A stretch of DNA of 64,000 bases from Sphagnum compactum (Eukaryota): positions 30,804,213 to 30,868,212 of the forward strand of contig OZ234493.1 in NCBI GenBank assembly GCA_965153455.1, in the 5' to 3' direction. Positions 50,911-63,772 of this stretch are shown here, in pieces. A program made the translations under genes and the position numbers. Under the pieces are notes generated by a model. It was not told the origin of the DNA. It did no database searches and worked only from the letters and a program-made list of their open reading frames with translations. Numbering within the stretch: position 1 is the first letter of the stretch; each line of letters opens with the position of its first letter.

Positions 50911-53900
50911 TAACATGTGCACGTTTCAAAAGGCCGCAAGCCCCCAGCAGTTTCACAGTGTTTTTTATGCTAATCTTCATCCAAAAAGCATTGTACAGGG
51001 CATTTTTACTGGGGCCAATTTTGAGCAATTCTTTGCTTGTTGTTTGGCCCCAAGTCACTAATAAATGCTAGAACATTGACGTCAGGATATCAATAAATGC
51101 TGGAACATTAGTCCCAAGGGTATCAAATTGGCTTCCCAAATTTGATGGTATTCTTTTTTCAGCCTTGGGGCCAATACAAGGCCATGAAGTTCAGCATTTA
51201 TTAGTAACTTAGGGCAGATTGAAAAGATCATTTCTATTTTCAGCCTCGACTCCTCGTGTAAAGCCCTTGGGGCTGATTTCAACTTTTGCACCAATAGGAA
51301 TGCTTGATTTGGTTGAACATTGGCCCTGACTCCTAGTGTAAAGCGGGCCATATTTTCCCGATGGATCTTCCAAGTTATGGGTTTTTTCCTTTTTCTTTTT
51401 CTTTTTTGGTAACTTGAAATGACGCAGTCATTCACAAGCAAGCATAGCGTATAAATTTTAGGCGCACCTTCATAATAATGTATAATTGAAGGACCAAAGG
51501 AATTGATCTTGCATATGGTACAAAACACCATTGTGTGTTGGGAAACTATCAATCTTGTATAGTTTGAGACTAAAAACTACCTCGAACTTCAACCTAAGTT
51601 AAATGTTGAAGTTAAACCTTTTAAGTTATTTGTTAGATCACAACACAACAACCCACATTGTGCTTCATCCACAGAAAACCATAAAGCGTGGAAGGTGGTC
51701 ATTACAAAGGGAAGGACCCACTTACCACCTGACGTTCAATGTAATACTCCAGTCTCTTACGGCTATTTTTTTGACATAAAAAAATAATTCGAACACCTAG
51801 TGAGCAGCTGTCATGAAAGTTAAAATGTCTTTACTTTGCGGATACCACTGAAAAGAGGGGATAGGGGGTGAAAAGGAGGCCCAAAGAAAGGGTGAAAACA
51901 GGGTTACTTTATGGATAACTCTAATATATAGTATTTATATTTTGAACTTTGTTCATACCATTTTTGGGCTGGGCTTTTACAAGAGCTTGGGTATCTATTG
52001 TGATTCATATTAATTAGTTTAGTTAGTCTTGGTCATCCCAAAGCTTTATTTTTATTTCTTTTGCAATGGGTCACTTTGATTGGCCCATCCACTAAAAGAA
52101 AAGAAAAGAAAAGAAAAAACTTTTGGCAGCCACTCCTGACCCCCCAGCTCCCAAAAATGTTATAAGTGTTCAATTGTTTTACATGACCATATAAAATTTT
52201 TGAGTAAACATTTACATAGTTTTATATGGCATAATATGGACTTACACTAAGTGGGCTTCATACAATTACAATGAGTGGAAATAAATTTTTATTATGCCAT
52301 TTGCATTTACAAAGAGAGGAAGTCCTAACCTATATACATGCACAACACTTGTAACTAGGTCTATTGGGGTTTCAAAAGAAAAAAAAATATTTGTAGGATT
52401 GTTTTAGAGTTATTTTTTACAAATAAAATTTACATGGGACAAAATTAAGTGAGAAAATTTGAATAGTCCAAAATGAAATAATTCATGTGATGGTGGATTT
52501 TTTTCACATTTGTACATAATTGTGTATCAATATTTTGGTTTATAAATTAAAATGCAAGAAATGTCAAAATTAATTTCTATGGACAACCAAACATATTTTT
52601 TGGCAAGATTATTTCTTGCACATGTGACCTACACCTAGAACTAAAAATGATGAAGTAGTGAGTATAAACAATTAACCAAATGGTTTAAAAAATAATCCTT
52701 TCCCATGTAGCCCTTTCCATCAAATTTTCAAGACTTTGAAATTTTCATTTAATTTGGTTTTTCTTCAAGTTCACCCATGAACACATGTACTTGCATAAAA
52801 AGAAACATGTTCAAGTTCACCCATGAACACATGTAACTTGCAAAAGAAATTGTGGAGGACAAGTGTTGATCATGGAGGACATGAACTGTGCAGGACACAG
52901 AACTGACCTTGTCTTCAAATTGGGCATGAAACGGGGTTTAGAGGGTCAAACTAGGGCCCAAAGACAGGGTGATTTTACTGCTTACTCTAGTATGCTCCAA
53001 TGATTTGTACACATGAGGAAAACAATAGTACTGTGCATGCCTACAATGAGCAATGCACATAGCTTCAGAGATCATGAACTCCTAGTGCAGGTATGCCCTT
53101 CTCATGTGCAATGGAATCTGAGGAATTTGTCCCTCCCACTTGGATTGTGGAAGCTTTGGTTTCACCTTAGGACATGCTGCTTGGTTGTAGCCAGAATTGA
53201 AGGCTCTTGTGGACTTTGGTTGGGATTTTCACAAAAAGGATTCTCCTGGTATTGTGCTCTTACTTAATGACTTGCAGCAACAGGTTCTTCCTACTCAACA
53301 AAGAAAACTCCCTTAAGGTGAATGGGGAAAAGCAAGGACCACCCATCCCCTTCTGCCAAGATACAAGTTCTGCCAGGATACAGAAAAAAAGGTGCTGTAC
53401 AATCATGTATCCCTTGGTAACTTGATAGAGCAACTTTCTTACATAGGAACTTTATACTAACTACAACCTTCTTGTAAACTGATCAAAGATAGGTGTTGAC
53501 AGTCGTGGCAAAGTGAGGAAGTAATCCACTTGGGCATCTCTCTTCCTACTCTCAAGCCTTGCCGATATAATTGTTTTACCTATCAAGCCTTGGATGCAAA
53601 TTCCTGACATTTCTTCTTCCTGAAACCATACTGCTCCCTAAACATATTTCTAATGCCAATTATTAAACCATTCAAGTTATGACAGTAATGGGTGCCCAAC
53701 CATCAACGGTTCTCCAAGATAATGGGTCCCCATAGCAGTGATCTTTGCTGTTTTCTTGGGGTGTGGGTCTCAGTGAGAAGCCCTCTGCAGGCCTAACTTC
53801 CTGGTCAATATGCACAAACTGTATGATAACATGGCAACAGCATTCACGTGGAAATGTTCATTGAGAGTTTGTGATGCAATATAAACAAGGGTCCTCTGTA

Positions 53901-54707
53901 TCTACTGAATTATCTGTGACATTTAGTATTGAAAAAATTGCTGAGGAAATTTTTAATCACCCCTACCCTCACACAATTCTGGCCATTCTGCACACATCTG
54001 ACTTGGCTAAATGAATCTGTGAACGATCAAAGGAGCTGCCATATCAAGACCCTTCTCTGTATTTTCCAGCACTCACGTTCAACTTTCTTCCTTTTTGCTT
54101 GCTCTCAGAAACTCTCCACATGTTCTGACTGTTACGTGCTCCCATTACCTGGGTAAAGAACCCTTTCAACACAGCTTCCTCCCCTCTTATGTATTCAAGG
54201 CACAAAGGCCTGGCACTCACAGCTCAACATCTGGAAAAAAGTCATCATCAAAGCATTAAATTACATGCCTCACCCCATGTCCCAAGTGAAAACTATATGA
54301 GGAGAAGGATGGTAGGCAATCTCAATGTGATGACAAATCGCCAAAAATTGTGTTGAGACAGGTTTGTCTTCCCCACATATATTGTTGTTTCTCAACCAGA
54401 CACTGCCTAGGGAACCTAAAAGCAAGAGTACTCATGGTCCTCTACACATTCTCACACACACAAGTCTACACACAGAACAGAGTTCATTTTCACTTATAAA
54501 CATGATCAATCCATGTTGGTTGACATAGCCTATAAGGATACACTCATCACTTATGTGAAAAGTGAATGCTTCCACAGCATTAATTATAGAAAATTAGCAA
54601 GCTGTTTAGCATAGTAAAATGGTTGAATCAGGTCTTGGTGAAAGGATAAAATTGCTTGAATCTACCTGCAAGGACTTGATGAACAATAAGAAGATGATGA
54701 AGCATTT

Positions 54708-56037
54708 TCATTTGAGTACAACAGCAGCATTCCGCAAAGCAAGATAACCTTGGATGTAATCATCTGGGAGAGACCGAATCAACTTGAAAACCTCAGTATT
54801 TGCATAGCGCAGCTTTGTCCTTGGATCTGTGTAGGGTGCCTGCACCAATAAAAATGCAATCCAATCTCTAAGTAGGGACCCCAAGTCACCTACATGCAAA
54901 CTTCAGAAGTGACTGTGCTACGTCTGATCAGGGGTATTCATCTTGTTATACTGCCAACCAACTGGAAACCTTGACAGGGGACTGACAAGATCATGTGTGA
55001 AAAGGGTTTCCACCTAGGCAACAGTTCCAGTTCGCACAGACTTACGTACCTCAAAACCTGTGATATCACAATATTTCTTTGCAGGATACATAGAAGGAGG
55101 AGCCTCAATGTTGACATCTGCCATCCAAACAGTCTCAAACAGTCACTTGGCACTGCAACACATTCAATCCCATTGCTCAGAACCCCGTTCACTAAACTGT
55201 AGATGCAAAGATTGAGAAAGGAATTGCACATACAGGTGGGTTCATCAGCAGGATATAGATGGTAATTTTCAGCTTGCAAGATCTGCTTGAGATGCTTCCA
55301 GTGACGGCCCCGGGTTTGACCTTTGGGGTATCGATCTGTTAGCTGTGAGCGCTTAAATGGCAGCACTGAGGGCAGCACCAAATTAGGATCCACAAGTTCA
55401 GACAACTTTTCTGATGAGCCAGAAGAAGGCAACACATCCTTTCCCTGGGTTGAATTCCCTTTCTGCACATACCAAGACCAATATGCTATTAGTTTCATCT
55501 GTGGTGATACACATACACTCAGATTGACTGTGGAATTCTTGATGTACAAGACTTCTTGCAACAAGTTATACTGTTAGTGTCTTTCCTTCATCCTGCCAAA
55601 AAACCTAACCCTAATCGCAAACAAACTTCTGCTTCTGTCTCTATCAACACAATGTGTGATACTTGACCAAGAAATGCATTCTGCTCCCATCATCTCGACA
55701 GCTAGAATATTGGTTGCACAGAGCAGCAGGACAGGAAGGGCGTAACATGAGAGTCGAGGAAAAGACCGACTGCTTCTCAAGACGAAAATTAGGGCATAAC
55801 TACGAGAGTACGTGATCAAGCCAGCTACCAAAACAACAAAGAGTGCGAGGCAGTGCCTAAGCGCCTAAACGATTGCAAAACTATGAGTGAACACGACACC
55901 CAGTCACACTTGGTTCAACATATCAAAGCATCATTCCTCTTCTTTGGTCCCAATACCTTTTCAGACTTACTAGAGACAGAGCTGGTCGCGCTGCCAGGAA
56001 GACGAGCCTGAGTCGGAGAAGGTGGTAGCTTGCCCAT
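54708..56037 (-). CDS. INO80C: INO80 complex subunit C (IES6/EEN-like, YL1-C domain), 169 aa; exons 56037-55957, 55462-55234, 55117-55050, 54839-54708
   Basis: GT-AG, in-phase exons totalling 510 nt encode ...[40 protein letters not shown]...[66 protein letters not shown]. The first exon is less certain than the others. Confidence 0.9.
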
Positions 56038-56285
56038 GGGACACTTGAAACAACTGGAATACGGCGGCAAAAGCTGTGCGTTCAACGAAAGCAATCTCTT
56101 CAGTTCTGATCCCGGCGTTGCAAAAGAATCGTCTGCAACAACATTGCGGCAGAGGACATGCGCGCGAGAGCGCGACACTGGCGTCGACGAAGGAGACCTC
56201 CTGACAATGCGAGACGATCCAAGGCAACAGCACCCACCGACGCTTAAGCTCCAGTTCACATTCTATGCTGGAAAATACACGTAGG

Positions 56286-56340
56286 AGCCCATTCCGCCCA
56301 CGTTGGGGCTTTGTTTTTCACCATGTCGTGGGCCCAATTC
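56286..56340 (-). promoter_or_regulatory. Site II-like (TGGGCY/GCCCA) motif cluster, probable INO80C promoter
   Basis: gagccca, cgccca and gtgggcccaa lie about 250-300 bp upstream of the start codon. Confidence 0.4.
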
Positions 56341-58118
56341 CGCGGTTTGTTGGAAAAGACAGCTCAGGAAAATTCCGCATTGTAATTGGTTTGTTCAAGT
56401 GAGCCACTTGAGGAAAAGGCAATTAACAGTCAATTCTGGTCTGTAATGTATTATATACATACTCAAATTGTCTGTCAGTGGTACCCAGTGGCCTGGGAAA
56501 AAGCTCATTGTTTTTTCCCCTAACCATTTTACATGGACATGAAAATGCACATGTTATTGTGGCTTTTCATGTTTTTTTTTTTGGAAAAGGTATTGATTTT
56601 TTTTTTTGAATTACATAAATAAATTCCAGTGACGATGTTTCATTGGAACTGGTTTATGTAGGATGGATATTTTGGTGATTGTCACTGGGAGTGTGAAGCA
56701 GCACGGAGCCCAAATAAATAATTATATAATTATATATATAAATAAATAAATAAAAGTAAGAAAAAAAATTATAGTTTTTTTTATAAATCTAACAATTTTT
56801 TTATAAATTTTTTTGGAAATTGGGTGACTTAAAAAGTCAAAAAACATAAAATTCTCACCAAATTGAAAAGAAAAATTCTCTTTTTCAGTAGTATATTGTA
56901 TTGCAAAACTAAATACTAAATTTCCAAAAACAATTATCATTTTAAAGCTTTTGGCACAAAGTAAATCTAGAAACCATTTCAAAATCCTACCTTTTTTATA
57001 TTTTGGTGAATTCGACATTCAAATATTTGTCAATCAATGTTGGTGAATCCATTCACTTTTTTTTGGCAAAATATAGTCAAATTTATACTTGAAAAACCAA
57101 ATTAGTCCAAAAATATTTGTTTGCAAGTATCAATCAAAATTTTGCCAAAAGAAAATGATGTTGCCATTTGATAGTCCCATAATAGATATGTTGAAAACTC
57201 GTCCTTTGGGTTGCTTATATAGGTTACAAAGAGTAGAACTTAAGGCAAAGAATATGGGATCAAGCGGGGAACTATTGAAAAAATGTTGAGAACATAGTGA
57301 GAACAAGAAAAATCCAACACCCCCCACCATCCCCAAAAAGAAACAAAATTTGGGCTCCCCCTTGGGTGCATGCCACCTCCCCTCATCGGGTTGCAAGAAT
57401 GTATGGAACTTGTTCATGTACAAAAGTATTCCTAGTGGATCACTTGCGCACATGTGCGACCAAAAGGTTTAGGTACAAGTGCACTTGGAACACTTCAAGT
57501 GCAAAAAGTATATTATTCGGTGACAAGAGATTGAAAGATTTTTGATTCCTAGATGACAAGGTGTGTTAAAAGGCACTAGTTCCACCAAATGTTAAATGAG
57601 ACATGATGTTGTGTACTTCTTTTTGTCAACATGTGTTGTTGGCCTTGCAAGGATATTGTTGTGTTTAGATTCATTATAGAGTATAGTAGCTTAAGAGATT
57701 TTTATAGGCCCCTAGGTAATAATAGGTCTAATTTTAGACGAGGATATTTTAAAGATGATATTTTGGCTTGTGTTGAAACTTGAGATTAGTTCTAGAGTTA
57801 TAATTATCTTGAAGGATTTTGGTTTCTTTTAGAGGATTTTTTGAAGATTATATTTTGGCGTGATGATATATTTGAGTTTCCATAATTCTTCTTCTTTTGC
57901 CCTTAAGATACCTTCTAATGTAAATGGCAAGGCCACAAAGTGACACACCCCTTGTTGTTTATGGTGATGGAGACAAATTTGCTAGTTAGGATTTGTCTTT
58001 TTTGTGGCCTTCCTCGTATTGTTTTGGGATTCTTTTCCTTTATAAGAGGTTCATCAAGAAACTTACATATGTACATGTGTTTTACATGGTTTCTTGAAAA
58101 TCAAAAGCAAAAGAAAAA

Positions 58119-58487
58119 AACCCAATATTTGGTTTAATTGATGAAGCTTAATTTTCACCTCATTAAAAAATTTACTAAAAAAATTTAAAAAGAAAAAAAA
58201 AACCCCCCGATATTTTGTTCAATTTGAAGTGGAACTTAATTTTCACCCAGAAAAAAAAAAAAAACCCCCCAATATTTGGTTCAATTGAATGGAACTTAAT
58301 TTTCACCCACATAAAAACATTATAAATTTTTAAGAAATAATAATTTAAATAAAATTAAAATTAAAATTAAAATTAAAAAAACACCCAATGTTTGGTTCAA
58401 TTTGAAATGGAACTTAATTTGCACCCAAGAAAAAAAGAACCCCCCCAATATTTTGTTCAATTGAATGGAACTTAATTTTCACCCAGA
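58119..58487. repeat. Five copies of an about 44-bp repeat separated by A-rich spacers of variable length
   Basis: cccaatatt(t/g)gttcaattgaatggaacttaattttcaccca-like units at about 58121, 58203, 58265, 58384 and 58440. Confidence 0.85.
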
Positions 58488-58544
58488 TTTTAAAAAAAAT
58501 TAAATTAAGAAAAACTGATTTTTTAACCCAATAGGGTAGCTAGT

Positions 58545-58640
58545 CACGTGAGGCTGGAACCCAAGTTAAGTTTGATGGGAATAGTGTATGTAGTAGGCTA
58601 GGTCCAGTCACGTTCTTGACTGTAAAAGGTAACCACGTGT
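58545..58640 (+). promoter_or_regulatory. ACGT-core cluster (two G-boxes and one CACGTT) upstream of SOS1
   Basis: CACGTG at 58545-58550, CACGTT at 58609-58614, CACGTG(T) at 58634-58640. Confidence 0.45.
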
Positions 58641-58816
58641 GCAAAAACGAAAGCGTAAAAAAAACCCCATGGCATCTGGCAAAACAAAAAGCGTGTGCTG
58701 TACTTACTACCCACTCCGTATCTCGCCACTTTTCGCCTTTTGTCTCTTTCGAAGGGCACATTCCACCATCATCATCGCTTCCTTGGCCAGCATCCCATCT
58801 CGCCTGCGATCGAATC

Positions 58817-58840
58817 CGCTCGCTCGCTCGCTCGCTCGCT
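58817..58840. repeat. (CGCT)6 microsatellite in the SOS1 leader/promoter
   Basis: Direct reading of the sequence. Confidence 0.9.
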
Positions 58841-59007
58841 CTGCGATTGCTTTTGAGGGCTGAACGTAGTTCGGTTTTTGTTGCAGCATTTGTGAAGCGA
58901 AATCGGTGGAAGTGTGTGTATGTGAGAGCGTGGTTTTTTTGGGGGGAATAAGATGGTGGAAGTGACGAGGGACTCCAGAGAACCAACAAATTTGTGACGG
59001 AGCTCCC

Positions 59008-59346
59008 ATGTCCATTGTCATGATGGTGGGCGACTCAGCAGCAGTAGTAGCAGCAGGAGGTGTGGTTTTGGACTCGAGCCCTGTGCAAGCGCCTGTTAGT
59101 AGCAGTGGATCCAGTGATTATGGCACGCCAGGTCCCGAAGTGGCTATCTTGTTCGTGGGCATGTCGTTGTGTCTCGGAGTGTTGTCACGGCAGCTCTTAC
59201 GGGGTACTAGAGTCCCTTACACCGTTGCTTTGCTGCTACTCGGTATCGGCCTCGGTTCTTTAGGTTTGTGCACGCGCCCGCGCATGTTTTCCCTTCTTCA
59301 CAAACTTTTCCTGCTTTCCCCCAGACAGACACACACCAACACACAC

Positions 59347-59388
<42 letters not shown>

Positions 59389-62300
59389 TCCGTCTCCAGA
59401 TGAAGGGCAGTAGGCCACAGGGTTAATTGAAATAGGGCAAGGAGAAAAGCATACAAAAGCATGTGAGCAGATGCAACTTTTCATGCTCATTTGCTGGGTG
59501 GAGGGGGATGCAGAGTATGGAACACAGCGTGGATTAGGTACATTGGGTGATAGCATTCGCATGTGTAAGCTTCCTTGATGGATTCATTCCCCTCACATTT
59601 CTTAATGTGCATGCAATTTTTCTTGTCCTGTTTTGTGTGTGGGTTACCTTTCAATCCGATCCCATCATGTCTGCCAACTTCTCAGGAGTGGCAGTAAAGA
59701 ATGAATTTAAAGCCCTGATGATGTTCGCATACTTAATTATATGATAAGCATCTCTGCTGTGGATGCACAAGAAGAAAGAACATAGAGAAGCAACTGGATT
59801 CAATGATTTTGATCAATTCAAAAGGACAGAATCTTGAGAAAGTCTCTCATGGCATTTTGTTGGTGTTGAAATTGGAAGTGCAGGCAGGCCTAACTTATGG
59901 GCAGTTGGGTGTGTGAATGGTTTCCAGGGGCGAAAATTAACCCAAGTTTGATACTTTTCATATTTTTGCCAGCTCTACTTTTTGAAAGCTCCTTCTACAT
60001 GGATGTTCACCAAATAAGGGTATGCTTTGTCCATTCCAGATAATTAATCTCTTTGGTCAAAGGTGCATACATTTTTGACAGAGGTATAGCTGCAGGCTGG
60101 AGTTCCCACATCCCCATCACATGTTTAGGAGTGACAAAAGTGGAATGCTGATATGAGTCTCTAATTATGTTTTCTTGGATGAGTCTCTTATTATGATTGC
60201 TTCTTTTGTTCAGTGAGGATATTCATTCATGTAAAAACATGGACATGTTGTTGTTGCTTTGCCTTCAACTGGTTGATGATTATTGTTTACATGGTTCTCT
60301 TTGCCCAAATTTGGACAGAGATGCTTAATGCAGATGTTGCTGCTTGCTGCTCCTGGAGTTCTGATATCAACATTTTTCCTAGGTGTTGTGACTAAGGTGG
60401 GTTTCGCTGGTTATTGTCTCAGTCATCATTCGAAGGCCTTGGTTACTGCCTCTCATTTCCTTTGTAAACAATCTCTTCTGGTTGTTTGTGGACCATCTAT
60501 GCTCAGTAGATTGCAACCTTATTAACATTCTCTGGTGGACAGCGAATTTTTCCATACGATTGGAACTGGAGCACTGCCTTGCTACTTGGTGGCCTTCTCA
60601 GTGCCACAGATCCAGTAGCGGTGGTTGCATTATTGAAGGAGTTAGGAGCCAGCAAGAAACTGAGCACTCTCATTGAGGGCGAATCATTGATGAATGATGG
60701 GTATGTTGCAAAATCTTCTCAGTTCAAAAATCTTAAAGTTTGTACTTTGAGAAGATTTGCAACTAGGTCTGAAGATTTTGGTGCCATTTATCACTGAGCA
60801 TCAGGTGAATGGTCTGCCAGCAATTCAGTTCTTCCCCACAAAAAGCAGTCCTCTGTCTTGTATGCAACGAGTATCCAGGAGGAATTCAGATGATTGGAGT
60901 TACGTTCACACTATATTGAGAATTCCTTCTGGTGTGGATTGTGCAGAACTGCAATTGTGGTGTTCCAGCTGTTTCTGCAGATGGTCCTGGGTCAGAAATT
61001 TGATGCTGGTGATGTCATAGAATTTCTCTGTCGTGTTGCTCTTGGGGCGTACGTATAACCCTGTGCCCTCTCCCACACAAGCAACTAGAATCTGATGAGT
61101 TTTTCTCGTGAATTGTTGCAGATAGCAGCATGACATGCTAATGTTTGTGCATTTGACTTGAGGGATTAGTCTTCTTCTTGACATTGATGTTTCTATCTTC
61201 TGATCCTTGTTGCTGTGGTCAATAACTGTATGCAGATTGGCTTTGGGGTTGGCATTTGGAATAGTTTCTGTATTTTGGGTGGGATTAGTATTCAATGACA
61301 CTGTCATTGAGATCACACTCACTTTGACAGCAAGCTACCTGGCCTTCTTTGTAGTATGTACACATCTATGAACCCTTTTGTATGTTGATATGAGGCACTT
61401 TGTGTTTCTGGTGGTACCTATTTCTCTCAACTCCCAAATGAAATATGTGCCTTGATGGTTGATAACTGTGTACACAATCTCTGACATTTGACCATGGTAA
61501 TGTCTCTGGGGGTTGTTGGAAGGCCGAAGATGAAGCTGGGGTTTCCGGGGTGTTGACAGTTATGACTGTGGGCATGTAAGCTTCTCTATACAGATATTCT
61601 TCTTGAAAGTTTGCACATTGAGATGTACAGCCATTTCACTTGGGCTGTGGAGTTCAGTTGCTCTCTCAATCACTGACTCAGATGTTTGATTTTAGAGCAG
61701 TGATCTCACAAGCATTTACGGAGCTAGTCTTTCTCAGCATCAGATCATGTTGAAAGGGCACTGAAATGGCTTCAGAACTCCTTGCCCATAATGATTGCTT
61801 GAGACCTGCATGTGTAGATTCTTTGCAGCATTTGCAAGAACAGCATTTACTGGTGAGAGTGAGCAAAGCATGCATTACTTCTGGTAAGGCTTCATCTGTG
61901 TTTACTTGGCTTGGATAAGGACATGGCTTCCATATTTCAGAGGTGATGAGTAGTTGACAATATCATCTGTGGAATTGGCATCGAATGTTCTTTTAAGTGT
62001 CTTCTTCAACCTTGTGGGGTCTCTGGTTCTTTTGGGACAGGGAGATGATTTCTTACATTGCAAATACCCTGATCTTTCTACTCAGGTTAGAGCTCCCACC
62101 TTGTTCACATGGGAGTGTAGACTGCTGCCTCTTGTACTTGTGTCACTTGAGCTATGCCATAAAGTATCGGCAATGGGTGGCACCTCCAATTGGGCTGTGG
62201 TGTTGTGCAGTGGAGTAGTCATTGCAGAGAGCATTCTTAGGAGTCAGGATCAAATTCAAGGTAACTGGTCTACCCTGCCAAGATTCATTTCCAACTTGGC

Positions 62301-63772
62301 AAGTATTGCTTGTAAACATATCTATGGCATGACAAACTACTGCCAGGGCTTGAAGATGTCAGAATCCTCCTTAACCTTGACAAAACTCAATGGGTGCAGG
62401 GCGGGATTGGGGTTACTTGGCAATTCTATATGTGTTTGTACAACTCTCACGAGTTGTGGTGGTTGGACTGCTCTATCCTGGTTTGAAGTACTTTGGCTAT
62501 GGCCTCAATTGGAAGGAGGCAGCAGTGCTGGTGTGGGCTGGTTTACGAGGAGCTGTGGCTTTATCTTTGTCTCTGTCTGTAGCTGTAAGTACCCATGCTA
62601 ATTCCAAGAGATCTTGCTGAGCAGTCTGCAATTGTCTTTCAGACGCTATGCACAACAAGGGTTACACAAAATTGACAGGTGTGTTGCATTGGCAGCAAGT
62701 AGGCGTGGATAATTCTCTTGATTATCATTACATTTCCAAGGTCACAGAAGCCCGGGTACATGTCTGTTCACAAGTGCTGTCTTCTGGTTGCTTGAATCTT
62801 CTATGCTCTGTGCTGGTTGTGAATCTGAATCATCAACAGATGTTGGAACTGTTGGAACTTTCATGCAAACCATTTTTTTTGTTTGTGGATGTAGAGTGTC
62901 TTTTTGATGGACTTGGAATCACATACTTATATGATACACATATAGTGGAGTACATTATGTCTGAGCAGACAAGAGAGATTGGAAGGGAAGGGAAATGGCT
63001 GTCATAAGGTGTTCCTCTAAAGTGGTTGCATCAACCAAATGTACCAGTTTGTGTTTTTCACAGGGGGCGTCGTGTTTCTGACACTCATCATTAATGGCTC
63101 CACCACCCAGTTTCTTGTGCACTATTTAAACATGGATCAGATTTCTGAAACTAAGGTATATTATTATCAGCTGATATTTGTTGCTTCTATGGAGTGTCCA
63201 CTTATTTTTGTGTTTAGAGTGGACAAAATGGTGATTGAGAAGATGCTTACTTTTCATTGCCATTTCACATGTTTGGGCTGCAGTCTCGTGTTTTGGAGTA
63301 TGCAAAGTATGATATGTATAGTAAAGCATTGGAATCTTTTGAGGAGCTTGGAGAAGATGAGGAATTGGGACCTGCTGATTGGACCACAGTGTGTAAGTAT
63401 GTGAGCTGCTTGAAGCGAGTACCAGAGGAAGGCCGACCCGCCCACCCCCACCATCCTCCAACCTCCACTGCCCTCCCTGAGATTGAAGAACGAATGCAAC
63501 AAATGCTTGATACTCGGATTCGTTTCCTGAATGGTAAGTCTCACAGAACATGAAACAAATGATGAGAGAAAATGGTTTTGAATGTCTTTTCCCACATATT
63601 TCATAGGTTACTGTTCTGATTGACATCCTTCTTTTTTAAGTAATTGAGTTTTTACATTATTATGTGATGTGCAGGAGTGCAATCAGCATATTGGACTATG
63701 CTAGAAGAAGGCCGCATAACGCAGACGGCTGCTATTCTTCTGATGCAATCAGTTGATGAGGCTCAGGACAAG
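59008..63772 (+). CDS. SOS1: Plasma-membrane Na+/H+ antiporter SOS1/NHX7-type, 5' part; exons 59008-59263, 59514-59564, 59928-60019, 60319-60396, 60543-60700, 60947-61048, 61236-61353, 61523-61575, 61818-61883, 62041-62085, 62211-62260, 62400-62584, 62696-62755, 63048-63155, 63284-63533, 63675-63772
   Basis: In-phase GT-AG exons encode RQLLRGTRVPYTVALL, FLPALLFESSF, LLGGLLSATDPVAVVALLKELGASKKLSTLIEGESLMNDG, WAGLRGAVALSLSLS, FVFFTGGVVFLTLIINGSTTQF, ELGPADW and RFLNGVQSAYWTMLEEGRI. The gene probably continues beyond the window. Confidence 0.95.
59349..59385. repeat. (AG)n microsatellite in SOS1 intron 1
   Basis: About 18 AG units, read directly. Confidence 0.95.

Noticed and set aside
57400..58050. 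Possible Copia RNase H end plus LTR
   Set aside because: Only a faint frameshifted LAxMxTKGL-like match. No paired LTR, PBS or clear PPT could be confirmed.
58119..58487. CRISPR array
   Set aside because: Spacers are low-complexity poly-A tracts of very uneven length, the repeats are degenerate, and there are no cas genes.
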